NCBI GenBank assembly: GCA_945859975.1 | Contig: CAMAPH010000014.1 | Coordinates: 1-63,084, forward strand | DNA: 63,084 bases | Reading direction: 5' to 3' | Source: Chthonomonas calidirosea | GTDB taxonomy: Bacteria > Armatimonadota > Fimbriimonadia > Fimbriimonadales > Fimbriimonadaceae | Shown: positions 1 through 8,702 of the stretch, one piece after another | Layout of the letters: each line of letters starts with the position of its first letter | How positions within the stretch are numbered: the stretch's first letter is position 1 | The notes under the pieces: model-generated | What the model saw: only the letters and a program-made list of their open reading frames with translations | Told to the model about the DNA's origin: nothing | The model's database searches: none | Made by a program: the position numbers and the translations under genes

Positions 1-641
1 CACACGCAGGGGCTCTGTGAGGCGTATCCAAAAGGTCGCTCGTCCGGCCAACGTGGATCCATTGTGTACCACCTACCGGCAACCGGATCAAGCACCCGCG
101 CCCGGACGTAAAGCCGCCTCGAAGTATCGAAGTGGTAACCCCAAGTACCTCCGTACCCCCAAGGCGTGTTGTTCACGCCTACGGACAACCGAGTCTCCCC
201 GTAAGGCCAGTACCAAGCATCGTAAACCTCGTTCCCACTTGCATCCAGAACCTTCACCACTGAACCCAGCGTATCTCGCACCAAAAGCGACTCGCTGCCG
301 CCGGTCTTAGAATCCAAAATCTGCGCGTCGACGGTACTGAAAGTAGTCACATCACTCGGAGTTCGGGATTGCAGATAGTCGCTACCGTCCCAAACGAAGG
401 TCGTTCGCGTACCCCCGACCTCCAAGAACCGACGCATCCCGTCTGCCCAATAGGCCAGCGTAGACCGAGCCCCGCCCGGATCAATCGCCGTCCGCATCCG
501 GTTCTCGTAGTCATATGCATATGTAGTCCGAGACCCACCTGCATTCATCGCCGTCTGGTTTCCGTTCGCATCAAAGGTGTAAGTAGAAACCACCGCCCCC
601 TCGACCGAAGTCACCAACCGCGAACCCGCGTTGTAAGTCAT
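1..641 (-). CDS. RHS/YD-repeat protein with RHS repeat-associated core (5'-truncated/orphan-like; runs off the window)
   Basis: Not in the ORF track. Manual translation from ATG at 641 is open to the window edge: MTYNAGSRLVTSVEGAVVSTYTFDANGNQTAMNAGGSRTTYAYDYENRMRT...TTFVWDG...RDTLGSVV...YWPYGE...LYVRARVLDPVAGRWYTMDP...FGYASQSPCV, which matches YD repeats and the RHS core signature. Confidence 0.9.
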   Translation of the reverse strand, partial: MTYNAGSRLVTSVEGAVVSTYTFDANGNQTAMNAGGSRTTYAYDYENRMRTAIDPGGARSTLAYWADGMRRFLEVGGTRTTFVWDGSDYLQSRTPSDVTTFSTVDAQILDSKTGGSESLLVRDTLGSVVKVLDASGNEVYDAWYWPYGETRLSVGVNNTPWGYGGTWGYHFDTSRRLYVRARVLDPVAGRWYTMDPRWPDERPFGYASQSPCV

Positions 642-662
642 CGTCTCCGAACTCGACCCAGC

Positions 663-763
663 CCCGACCCCGGTAGGGTTCAAAGAAGGTAGCCAGGCAT
701 TGAAAATGCCTGGAGATCCAACCCGACCCGCAAAAGTCCAAGTCGCCCCGCGACCCCCGCGCG
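663..763 (+). repeat. REP-like element, copy 1 (GTAG + palindrome)
   Basis: Ungapped direct repeat of 3058-3158 (about 9 mismatches in 101 nt by manual alignment). Contains GTAG-CCAGGCATT-gaa-AATGCCTGG and a GACCCC-ggta-GGGTTC hairpin. Confidence 0.85.
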
Positions 764-1042
764 AACTGAAACCACCGACCACACCGCCATTGTAAGGCAA
801 GTTCCGCTTCTTTGAGGAGTCAAATCTCAAAAAATCCGCGTTTGAAAGCAAATCAGGACGGCTGCCGTTCCCTTGCTCACTCGTCTCGGGTGATGCGAGC
901 CAGGAAAACAATCAGACTGGCCAATTCCGAAGTGAGTCGTCTTGAGCTAGGTTTTCTATCTGAATGGGGCATTTTCGTTCAAAAAGCGTCGAAAACGTTT
1001 CACTCAGAGGCAAACAAGACGTTCGATCGGGATAATGAAATC

Positions 1043-2356
1043 GTGGTTGTCGAATTTTCGGTAGGGAATTTCAGGTCCATCAGTGCCGAACAAACGCTGT
1101 CGTTCGAAGCTGCAAACGGAGAGAGCCTTTCTGACATGCTCATTACCGATCCGAGCCGGCCAGACGATCCGCTCCTCCCATCACTCTTTCTTTTTGGGGG
1201 CAACGCAAGCGGCAAGACAAACATCTGCAAGGCGATTCAAGCTGTTCGCGACCTGACCATGTTCAGCGCGACGATGCTAAATCGGGGGCAAGCCATTCCT
1301 CAAATCGAACCCAATCGATTAGTCGCGAACCTCGCGGACCAACCGTCCTCCTTCGGCATCAAGCTCCTGTTAAACGGAGAGCTCTGGGACTACCGAATCC
1401 AAGTGGATTCAACCTCGGTGCGCAACGAAAGCCTGCACCGAAAGGCAAATTCACCCAAGGCCCGATGGAGCGAGGTCTTCACGAGAACCAACGGAGATAA
1501 ATCAAGTTGGGTCGGAAACGCGCCCCGCCTAAACCGCACGTTCTTCGAGTCGGTCCGGGAGAACTGCTCCGTTCTCAGCAAAGCCGCTGCCGAGGACATC
1601 GCCGCCGTCCTGCCCGTGTATGACTACATTTCCAACATCCGAATTCGAAATCTGGCCAATCCGCCACTCGATGTAGTTGAGAAAGCGATCGAATCGAGCG
1701 AGAACGATCCCGCATTGTTTCAGGCCTTGGCAAGGATCGTGGCCTGCGCAGATATTCAGGTCAACGAAATTCAGATCGATGAGAAAGAACTGGCTGTTGA
1801 CGAAGTGCCAGACTGGCTGAGGGCTTTTAGTGCTTACGCTACAGAGAATGAGCCTAGCCCAAAGATTTCTGCTCACAAATTGAAGTTTCTTATCAATCGA
1901 GATGATGGGGCCGAAGTTGGATTCGAACTTCAAGACCTTTCAGATGGAACGGTGCGATTCCTAGCCCTCGTGATCAACATCCTTCAAGCCCTGAAAGACG
2001 GCTCACTTCTCGTGATGGATGAGTTCGATGCCTCGCTCCACACGCTGCTCGCCCTTGCGGTTCGGGACCTCCTGACCGATTCTGATCTGAACAAAAACGG
2101 CGCACAATTCATTGCGGTTACCCACAGCGATGCTTTGCTAGATTCAAGTCGGCTGCGGCGAGACCAAATCGTGGCGATTAACCGCCTCGATGGTATCGGC
2201 ACGACATGGTGGGCACTTTCCGAGCTAGATCGCAAACCGAAGAAGGATGAGTCGTTCCAGCGACGATACTTAAATGGAGGCTACGGAGGCGTTCCCAGAA
2301 TCGCCGACCTTCGGGCGCATGTTCTAGCTGCTCTTCGGGGTGCTGGTGGCACGTAG
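1043..2356 (+). CDS. AAA_21/AbiEii-type ABC ATPase (RloA/AbiLi-like)
   Basis: Probable GTG start at 1043 (VVEFSVGNFRSI). Walker A GGNASGKT, signature LSDGT, Walker B LLVMDEFDASLH, H-loop VTH, C-terminal YLNGGYGGVP. Confidence 0.9.
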   Translation: MVVEFSVGNFRSISAEQTLSFEAANGESLSDMLITDPSRPDDPLLPSLFLFGGNASGKTNICKAIQAVRDLTMFSATMLNRGQAIPQIEPNRLVANLADQPSSFGIKLLLNGELWDYRIQVDSTSVRNESLHRKANSPKARWSEVFTRTNGDKSSWVGNAPRLNRTFFESVRENCSVLSKAAAEDIAAVLPVYDYISNIRIRNLANPPLDVVEKAIESSENDPALFQALARIVACADIQVNEIQIDEKELAVDEVPDWLRAFSAYATENEPSPKISAHKLKFLINRDDGAEVGFELQDLSDGTVRFLALVINILQALKDGSLLVMDEFDASLHTLLALAVRDLLTDSDLNKNGAQFIAVTHSDALLDSSRLRRDQIVAINRLDGIGTTWWALSELDRKPKKDESFQRRYLNGGYGGVPRIADLRAHVLAALRGAGGT

Positions 2357-2948
2357 GGGACTCCGGATTGTACGGCCACCGATCGCCATTGGCTTGGTGG
2401 TCGAAGGGGAGAAGCGAGAGGCGCGCTACTTTGAGCAAGCGGTTCTGAACCGAACCTGTGTTGCCAGTTGGACTCTTCACAGTGCAAACGGTGGCGATCC
2501 AACGAGCCTGTACACTAAATCCCTCGCAATTGCAAATGACCTTGATCAAGTTTTTATCGTTGCCGATGCCGATCGATGTCCTCCAAACTGTTCGGAAAGC
2601 GAGGCAGAGAATTGGGAAAGGCTCCGTGACCTCTGCAAGGGTCCAGACTTTCACTTGATTTTGACGTTTCCTTGCGTAGAGGCATGGTTCCTCATGCACT
2701 TCACCGACGATTTCCCGAGCGTGCCGCTAGGTGAGCCAGGAAGATACTCAGGCTTCTGCGATCCATTCAAGCAGGAACTCAAGCTCTGGTACCCGAATCT
2801 TGATCGACGTCCCGTCGAAGACTGGGCAAACTTGCGCCCACTCTTGGCCGACGCCGTAGTCAGGAGTAGGGCAAGTACGTCGAAGAAGCTCAAGCCCGCC
2901 GTGTGGAGCGAGATGCACCTTCTTATGAAAGAACTTGGTCATTGCTAG
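2340..2948 (+). CDS. RloB-family (TOPRIM-like) protein, partner of the ATPase
   Basis: VEGEKREARYF, DAD and FPCVEAWFLMHF motifs are typical of RloB. Overlaps the ATPase stop; start may be GTG 2346. Confidence 0.85.
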   Translation: MLVARRGLRIVRPPIAIGLVVEGEKREARYFEQAVLNRTCVASWTLHSANGGDPTSLYTKSLAIANDLDQVFIVADADRCPPNCSESEAENWERLRDLCKGPDFHLILTFPCVEAWFLMHFTDDFPSVPLGEPGRYSGFCDPFKQELKLWYPNLDRRPVEDWANLRPLLADAVVRSRASTSKKLKPAVWSEMHLLMKELGHC

Positions 2949-3057
2949 TACGAGCCATCTCAAAGACCAATCCAAACAACCCGGTACATCCCCGTCCAGT
3001 GGCTCACCCGTCCCGGGTGACACCGCACAGCCAAAGCTCGGAACAAAGCCCAAATCT

Positions 3058-3158
3058 CCCGACCCCGGTAGGGGTCAAAGAAGGTAGCCAGGCATTGAAA
3101 ATGCCTGGACAGCCAACCCGCCCCGCAAAAGTCCGAGGAGCCAAGCGACCCCCGCGCG
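3058..3158 (+). repeat. REP-like element, copy 2
   Basis: Direct repeat of 663-763, with a perfect GACCCC-ggta-GGGGTC hairpin and GTAG-CCAGGCATT-gaa-AATGCCTGG. Confidence 0.85.
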
Positions 3159-3228
3159 GCCACAAACCCCCGCCACCCCCACCGTCGTAGCGCACCCCCC
3201 ATCAACCAAAGAGCCGCATCGTCCCCAA

Positions 3229-3271
3229 AACAAACCCGAACCCCCGAACAAACCCGAACAAACCCGAACCC
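3229..3271. repeat. Short tandem repeat, ~10-bp unit AACAAACCCG (about 4 degenerate units)
   Basis: aacaaacccgaacccccgaacaaacccgaacaaacccgaaccc. Confidence 0.75.
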
Positions 3272-3510
3272 AAAAAAGTTGGTTGACTTTCCGCCGCACA
3301 AGCACCTATCAGCTAGATGAAGCCCAAACGCCAAAGCGAGATTCGGACGGACCGAAAGCGGCACGAGGAAATTTAATTTACAATCGTCGCCAAGGCGGGA
3401 GCATTTATAAATAAATTTTCGGGACGACCAACGATCGGAATCGAGGGGACGATCAAGTGTGCGAAGGGAGAAAAAGAAACAGGCCGAAAGGCATGCGAGC
3501 CTCGCGTCTT

Positions 3511-3555
3511 CGCCACGCAGGGCAACGCAAAGCCATTCAAGGCCATTCAAAGCGC
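3511..3555. repeat. Phased 10-bp repeat array (consensus RGCCAYWCAR), array A
   Basis: cgccacgcag ggcaacgcaa agccattcaa ggccattcaa agcgc. Confidence 0.75.
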
Positions 3556-3668
3556 TCCCAAAAAGGCTGTAATTAATTAATCGGCCTGGGGGGGAAGCGT
3601 TAATTAATTCCGCCCGGCCACGGTCAAGGCGTTCAACAAACGGCCTAGAAGGAGAGACTCCGCAGCGG

Positions 3669-3710
3669 AGCCATACAAGGCCATTCAGAGCCACCCAAGG
3701 CCACACAAGG
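3669..3710. repeat. Phased 10-bp repeat array, array B
   Basis: agccatacaa ggccattcag agccacccaa ggccacacaa gg, immediately 3' of tRNA-Arg. Confidence 0.75.
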
Positions 3711-3719
3711 CAAAAAGAG

Positions 3720-3795
3720 TGGCCCGCTCGGAGGGATTCGAACCCCCGACCCTCGGTTCCGAAGACCGATGCTCTATCCACTGAGCTACGAACGG
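3720..3795 (-). tRNA. tRNA-Arg (anticodon UCG)
   Basis: Reverse complement CCGTTCG TAGCTCAGTGGATAGAGC A TCGGT CTTCGGA ACCGA GGGTC GGGGG TTCGAAT CCCTC CGAGCGG G CCA folds as a cloverleaf. Anticodon TCG, encoded CCA. Confidence 0.95.
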
Positions 3796-3863
3796 GTGGA
3801 GTGAGATAATACCCCGGAAAAATCACACTCGTAAACCCCGAACCGGGTTACAATCAACTCCCC

Positions 3864-5255
3864 ATGCGCGTTGAGGAACTCATTCCGCTCCATAGTATCG
3901 AGGCCGAAATGGGCGTGCTGGGATCGATGCTGCTCTCCGAGCGCGCCGCCGACCAGGCCGCCAACATCGTCGTCGAAGAAGATTTCTACCGACCCGCCCA
4001 CCGCCTCATCTTCCGCGCCATGCTTCAACTCCTGAAGCAAAACCAGGCCATCGACTTCCTCACCCTCAAGGCCGAACTCGTCGCCCGAGGCGACCTCGTC
4101 GATGCCGGCGGAGAAAACTACCTCCTCCAGATCGCCGAGTTCGTCCCCAGCCCGTCGAACGTCGACTACTACGCCGGCATCGTTGTCGACCGAGCCCGAC
4201 TTAGAAAACTCGAAGACGCCGGAAGAAACATCGTCGGCCTCGTCCACGACCCGGACCAAGGGGACGCCGAAGACAAAGTCGACAAAGCCGAACAACTCGT
4301 CTTCGAAATCGGAAAACGCGGACTCGGAAACTACTTCAAGCCCGTCTCCAGCCTCGCCCGCGAATTCTTCCTCGACGTCGACAAAGTCTTCGAAAGCAAA
4401 AAGCCCCTCAGCGGCCTCAAGGTCGGCTTCTTCGATCTCGATGACCTCACCACCGGTTTCAACGGCGGCGACCTCATCATCATCGGCGCCCGCCCCGCCA
4501 TGGGCAAAACCTCGCTGGTCCTCGACTTCGCCCTAAACGTCGCCCGGGCCCTCGAAAGGGAAGAGAAGCGCGGCGCCGTCGCCTTCTTCTCGCTAGAAAT
4601 GTCCGGCCTTCAGCTGGCCCAAAGAATGGTCTCCATGCTCAGCGGCCTCAGCATGCGAATCCTGCGGCAAGACAAAGAGCTCACCGACAACGACTACTTG
4701 CGACTCTCCGAAGCCTGCGACGAGCTCTACGCGCTGCCCATCTTCATCGACGACAACGCCGAACTCTCGCCGCTCGACATGCGCGGAAAATGCCGCCGCC
4801 TAAAGGCCGAACACGGTCTCTCGCTCGTAATCGTCGACTACCTGCAGCTCATGCGGGGAAGTAAGAAAACCGAAAACCGCGTCAACGAAATCTCCGAAAT
4901 CGCCCGCGCCTGCAAGCGCATGGCCAAGGAGCTCGAGGTCCCGGTAATTGCCTTGTCGCAGCTATCCCGATCCGTCGAGTCCCGCGAAGACAAACGCCCC
5001 CAGCTCAGCGACCTTCGAGAGTCGGGCTCCATCGAAGCCGAAGCCGACATGGTCCTCCTCCTCCACCGAAAGAGCTACTACGACGCCAAGGCCCAAAACC
5101 GAAAGGAAGTCGAAAACTACGACGAAGTGCAGGTAGCCGACATCATTGTCGCCAAGAACCGAAACGGCCCCACGAAAACCGTGAAGCTAGGCTTCCAGCC
5201 GTCGTTCTCTCGCTACCGCAACCTCTCAACCGAAGTCGATTACGACGACGACTAG
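3864..5255 (+). CDS. dnaB: Replicative DNA helicase
   Basis: PHSIEAE-like N-terminus, GARPAMGKT, FFSLEMS, IVDYLQLM, LSQLSR, SDLRESGSIEAEAD, KNRNGPT. Confidence 0.98.
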   Translation: MRVEELIPLHSIEAEMGVLGSMLLSERAADQAANIVVEEDFYRPAHRLIFRAMLQLLKQNQAIDFLTLKAELVARGDLVDAGGENYLLQIAEFVPSPSNVDYYAGIVVDRARLRKLEDAGRNIVGLVHDPDQGDAEDKVDKAEQLVFEIGKRGLGNYFKPVSSLAREFFLDVDKVFESKKPLSGLKVGFFDLDDLTTGFNGGDLIIIGARPAMGKTSLVLDFALNVARALEREEKRGAVAFFSLEMSGLQLAQRMVSMLSGLSMRILRQDKELTDNDYLRLSEACDELYALPIFIDDNAELSPLDMRGKCRRLKAEHGLSLVIVDYLQLMRGSKKTENRVNEISEIARACKRMAKELEVPVIALSQLSRSVESREDKRPQLSDLRESGSIEAEADMVLLLHRKSYYDAKAQNRKEVENYDEVQVADIIVAKNRNGPTKTVKLGFQPSFSRYRNLSTEVDYDDD

Positions 5256-5264
5256 ACCCGGTTT

Positions 5265-7220
5265 TTACCGGGCCTTGTCTGTCAATCCGGGCCAGTTGTC
5301 GGTCCGGAACGGGAAAGCCGGCAGCCCCGAAGCGTTCACCAAGTTCACTTCCGGATCCATATCCCAAGCGTATCGAGCCGAAACCGGGTTCGGTACCGAG
5401 CTTGATCTCAGCACAATCGCATTGTCCTGAATGGTCGCATCCGCCCAGTAGAACTTGCGGTCGGCACCGGCAATGCTGAAGCTCTTCGGCGCCTTGCCAT
5501 CCACGGTTCGCAACCCAGCCGCATGAGAGAACCGAAGCGTGATCGATCCGGTCTTTGCTTCCATCTTGCTAAACATCGGTCCGTAGTACTCAAGCTTCTT
5601 GCGGTAAGTCTGCGCCAGCGCAACTCCGGCTAATCGGTAGCCAACATCCCGCTTGTTGCGAGGGTGAATATCCTTGCTGTCGCCGATGTCGATCGCCGTC
5701 GCCATTCCGGTGTTCTTCAGCGAAAGCGCCATCGCCTGCGCCTCGCGAAGCTCGGCCCAACCGCTCTCCGTCGGCGTCGCAGACCGGCTCTGATAGTTGG
5801 CCAGCTGAACAAACAGGAATGGGAAGTCTCCCTGGCCAAACCGATTGCGCCAGTCTTCAATCATGCTGCGGAACAGCGATCGGTACTGGAATGCCCGGTC
5901 CGCGTTCGATTCGCCCTGGTACCAAATCGCTCCGCGAACACCATATGGCACCAACGGCGCAATCATGCCGTTGTAAAGACTCGCGGGTGCCCAAGGATTC
6001 CCAGGACCAAACGGCTGAGCCGGAGCTGGAATCGGGTTGATCTCCCGCTCCAACATAAACTTCCAATCTCTCGCAAGACTAATCTTCCGACCGCCAATTG
6101 AAAGTACAAGCGACTCGGCCGGTCCGGTCAATCCGCCACCGCCCGACCAGTCATAAACTCGTACGGCAATAACGTTCTCGCCTGCCTTCAAAACCCCCGC
6201 CGGAACCGGATACTTGCGCGGATGCTGCCAGTGGTTCGGAACTTCTTCCCCCGTCTTTCCGACCTGCTGACCATTGATGTAAGTGACGTCGAAGTCATCA
6301 ATCGCGCCCAGCGTCAACTCGGCCGAAGCGCCGGCTTCGGACGCCGAAACATTGACCGTTGTCCGGAACCAAAACGCGCCGTCAATGGCCCGTCCCACAA
6401 TTCCTTCCACCGTCCCCGGCAAGCTCGCGCTCTTCCATCCGGAGTCCGAAAAGCCCGCAGTATGCCAGCCATTTCGCTCACCCTCGTTGCCGGAATCGAG
6501 TCGAGCCTTGTTATAGTCGGCTAGCTTCTTTTGGTACTCGGCTTGTGCCGTCTGGAAGTCCGTGCCCAGGTACCGCTCGTATTCCTTGTATCGATCCGCA
6601 TAGGAAGGTAGGTCCTTTAGAACCGACTGGCTGGTCCAGCTCTCTGCTGGCGTCCCGCCCCAACTGGTGTGAATAATTCCGACCGGTACGCCAAGCTCAC
6701 GCTGCAATCGTTGAGCGAACCAGTATCCGACGGCGGAAAAGCTACCGATCGTTCCGGCCGAACCAAGAACCCAGCCCGTGCCCGTAAAGTCGCTCGCTGA
6801 TTGTTGAACGCTGCTCTTCGTTACCGTGAGGCATCGAATGTCTGCATTGGCCAGCGGCTGCGCCAACGCCATTTGGTTTGTCGCGGCCATCGGCCACTCC
6901 ATGTTTGACTGCCCGCTGGCAATCCAGACTTCGCCCATCGCCACGTTTCGGGCCACCGTTTCGCCGTTCACGGCAATCTCCAACGGCGCTCCGGCCTTCC
7001 GCGCAGGGAATTTTACGAGCCATCGGCCCGAAGCATCAACGGCCGTTTTCTGGACCGCGCCAGCCAATTTGACTTCAATCGCCTTCCCTGGCAAGCCGGT
7101 ACCAAACACCGGAATCGGACGGTCGCGCTGAAGTACCGCGTTGTCAACAAAAAGGCTGTTGACCTTGACGTCAGGAATCAGAGCAACGTGCATCATTGCG
7201 GCTACCCAGCAAAGCATCAC
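5265..7220 (-). CDS. Sialate O-acetylesterase (SASA) family carbohydrate esterase with inserted sugar-binding domain
   Basis: GEVWIASGQSNM, WGGTPAESW, WYQGESN, VQLANY, DIHPRNK motifs. Confidence 0.92.
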   Translation of the reverse strand: MMLCWVAAMMHVALIPDVKVNSLFVDNAVLQRDRPIPVFGTGLPGKAIEVKLAGAVQKTAVDASGRWLVKFPARKAGAPLEIAVNGETVARNVAMGEVWIASGQSNMEWPMAATNQMALAQPLANADIRCLTVTKSSVQQSASDFTGTGWVLGSAGTIGSFSAVGYWFAQRLQRELGVPVGIIHTSWGGTPAESWTSQSVLKDLPSYADRYKEYERYLGTDFQTAQAEYQKKLADYNKARLDSGNEGERNGWHTAGFSDSGWKSASLPGTVEGIVGRAIDGAFWFRTTVNVSASEAGASAELTLGAIDDFDVTYINGQQVGKTGEEVPNHWQHPRKYPVPAGVLKAGENVIAVRVYDWSGGGGLTGPAESLVLSIGGRKISLARDWKFMLEREINPIPAPAQPFGPGNPWAPASLYNGMIAPLVPYGVRGAIWYQGESNADRAFQYRSLFRSMIEDWRNRFGQGDFPFLFVQLANYQSRSATPTESGWAELREAQAMALSLKNTGMATAIDIGDSKDIHPRNKRDVGYRLAGVALAQTYRKKLEYYGPMFSKMEAKTGSITLRFSHAAGLRTVDGKAPKSFSIAGADRKFYWADATIQDNAIVLRSSSVPNPVSARYAWDMDPEVNLVNASGLPAFPFRTDNWPGLTDKAR

Positions 7221-7295
7221 CTCTTATACCACCGCCGTGCGAAACACCATTTTTAGCCGTGCGATAAATTTGTAACCTTGGGTACATTTATTGTT

Positions 7296-8693
7296 GTGAG
7301 CGAGCCGAATCATTCCTTACCAGAGGCTTACCGAACCGTAAAGGTGAATCAGCGGAACTGGTTCCGGCGCTTCCTCGCATTCGCGGGGCCTGGATATTTG
7401 GTCAGCGTTGGCTACATGGACCCAGGCAACTGGGCCACTGCCCTCGGTGGTGGCTCGACCTTCGGCTACACCTTGCTCTGGGTGATCCTTTGCTCCAGCC
7501 TGATGGCGATGGTCCTGCAGACCCTCTGCGCCCGGCTCGGAATCGCTACCGGAAAGGACCTTGCGCAAGCTTGCCGCGATTACGTAAAGCGTCCTGCAGC
7601 AATGGCGCTTTGGCTCCTGTGCGAAATTGCGATCATCTCCACCGACATTGCCGAGGTCATCGGCTCTGCCGTGGCTCTCAATCTCCTTTTTGGCCTGAAC
7701 CTCAGCGCGGGCGTTGTCATTACCGGGCTAGACGTGCTGGTTCTACTGGCCCTCATGCGGTTTGGCTTCCGAAAAATTGAAGCCATCATTTTCACTCTCG
7801 TCGCGACCATCTTCGTTTGCTTTGGCATCAACATCTTCTGGGCGTCACCCGACTGGATGCTGGTCGGCAAGGGCCTCGTCACCCCGCAGGTCCAGAACAA
7901 CCAGGCGCTTTTCCTCGCCGTCGGAATTCTCGGCGCAACGGTAATGCCGCACAACCTCTACCTGCACAGCTCTCTGGTGCAGACCCGAGCGTTTGATAAG
8001 ACCGAAGAAGGGAAGAAGGACGCAATCAAGAACGCGTCCGTCGACGTCATTCTTGCCCTAACGGCCGCCTTCTTCGTCAACGCCGCCATTCTCGTTCTCG
8101 CCGCCGCCGTGTTCCATCGACAGGGCGTGATCGTTGAAGACCTTGGCGAAGCTCACAAGCTCCTCGTCCCGGCCCTCGGCCCGGCGGCAGCTACGCTGTT
8201 CGCCGTCGCGCTCCTCGCCAGCGGCCAAAGTAGCACCATCACGGGAACCCTAGCCGGGCAAATCGTGATGGAAGGCTTTCTCAACTGGCGCATTGAGCCC
8301 TGGCTGAGACGACTGATCACCCGTGGACTCGCCATCATTCCCGCGCTCTTGCTCGTCGGCTCGAGTGGCGGCTCCAAAACGGCCGAGCTCATCACGATCA
8401 CCCAGGTCGTGCTCTCAATGCAGCTTCCATTCGCGATCTTCCCGCTTGTGATGTTCACCAGCGACAAGAAGCGAATGGGCTCGTTTGCCTCGCCGGTTTG
8501 GCTGCAAGTGCTCGCCTATGCCATCTGCGTCGCCATCACCAGCCTCAACATCAAATACCTCTGGGACACCTTCGGCCCCGTCGCGGTCCTCGTTGGAGCC
8601 GGCATCATCGCTGCCTTCAGCGCTTGGGTGATCTTCTTCGTGAAATCGAAGAAACCGGACGAACCCGAACTGATCACGCAACCGCAGGGTTAA
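7296..8693 (+). CDS. mntH: Nramp-family Mn2+/Fe2+:H+ symporter
   Basis: YMDPGNW, GATVMPHNLYLHS and GQSSTITGTLAGQIVMEGF motifs. Probable GTG start at 7296. Confidence 0.96.
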   Translation: MSEPNHSLPEAYRTVKVNQRNWFRRFLAFAGPGYLVSVGYMDPGNWATALGGGSTFGYTLLWVILCSSLMAMVLQTLCARLGIATGKDLAQACRDYVKRPAAMALWLLCEIAIISTDIAEVIGSAVALNLLFGLNLSAGVVITGLDVLVLLALMRFGFRKIEAIIFTLVATIFVCFGINIFWASPDWMLVGKGLVTPQVQNNQALFLAVGILGATVMPHNLYLHSSLVQTRAFDKTEEGKKDAIKNASVDVILALTAAFFVNAAILVLAAAVFHRQGVIVEDLGEAHKLLVPALGPAAATLFAVALLASGQSSTITGTLAGQIVMEGFLNWRIEPWLRRLITRGLAIIPALLLVGSSGGSKTAELITITQVVLSMQLPFAIFPLVMFTSDKKRMGSFASPVWLQVLAYAICVAITSLNIKYLWDTFGPVAVLVGAGIIAAFSAWVIFFVKSKKPDEPELITQPQG

Positions 8694-8702
8694 ACTCCAG
8701 AT

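Noticed and set aside
812..1042. N-terminal extension of the AAA ATPase in the ORF track
   Set aside because: Family-like sequence begins at GTG 1043, directly after a -10-like box.
663..3158. Integron attC sites or IS element
   Set aside because: No RYYYAAC/GTTRRRY core ends, terminal inverted repeats, integrase or transposase seen; a REP-like reading fits better.
3229..3710. CRISPR array
   Set aside because: Repeats are contiguous 10-mers without unique spacers, and no cas genes are present.
2960..3826. 288-aa ORF on the minus strand
   Set aside because: It runs through the tRNA and repeats, with no protein-like features; it is a by-product of the skewed composition.
3360..3860. Replication origin next to dnaB
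   Set aside because: AT-rich patches are present, but I found no DnaA-box (TTATCCACA) cluster and no dnaA/dnaN.
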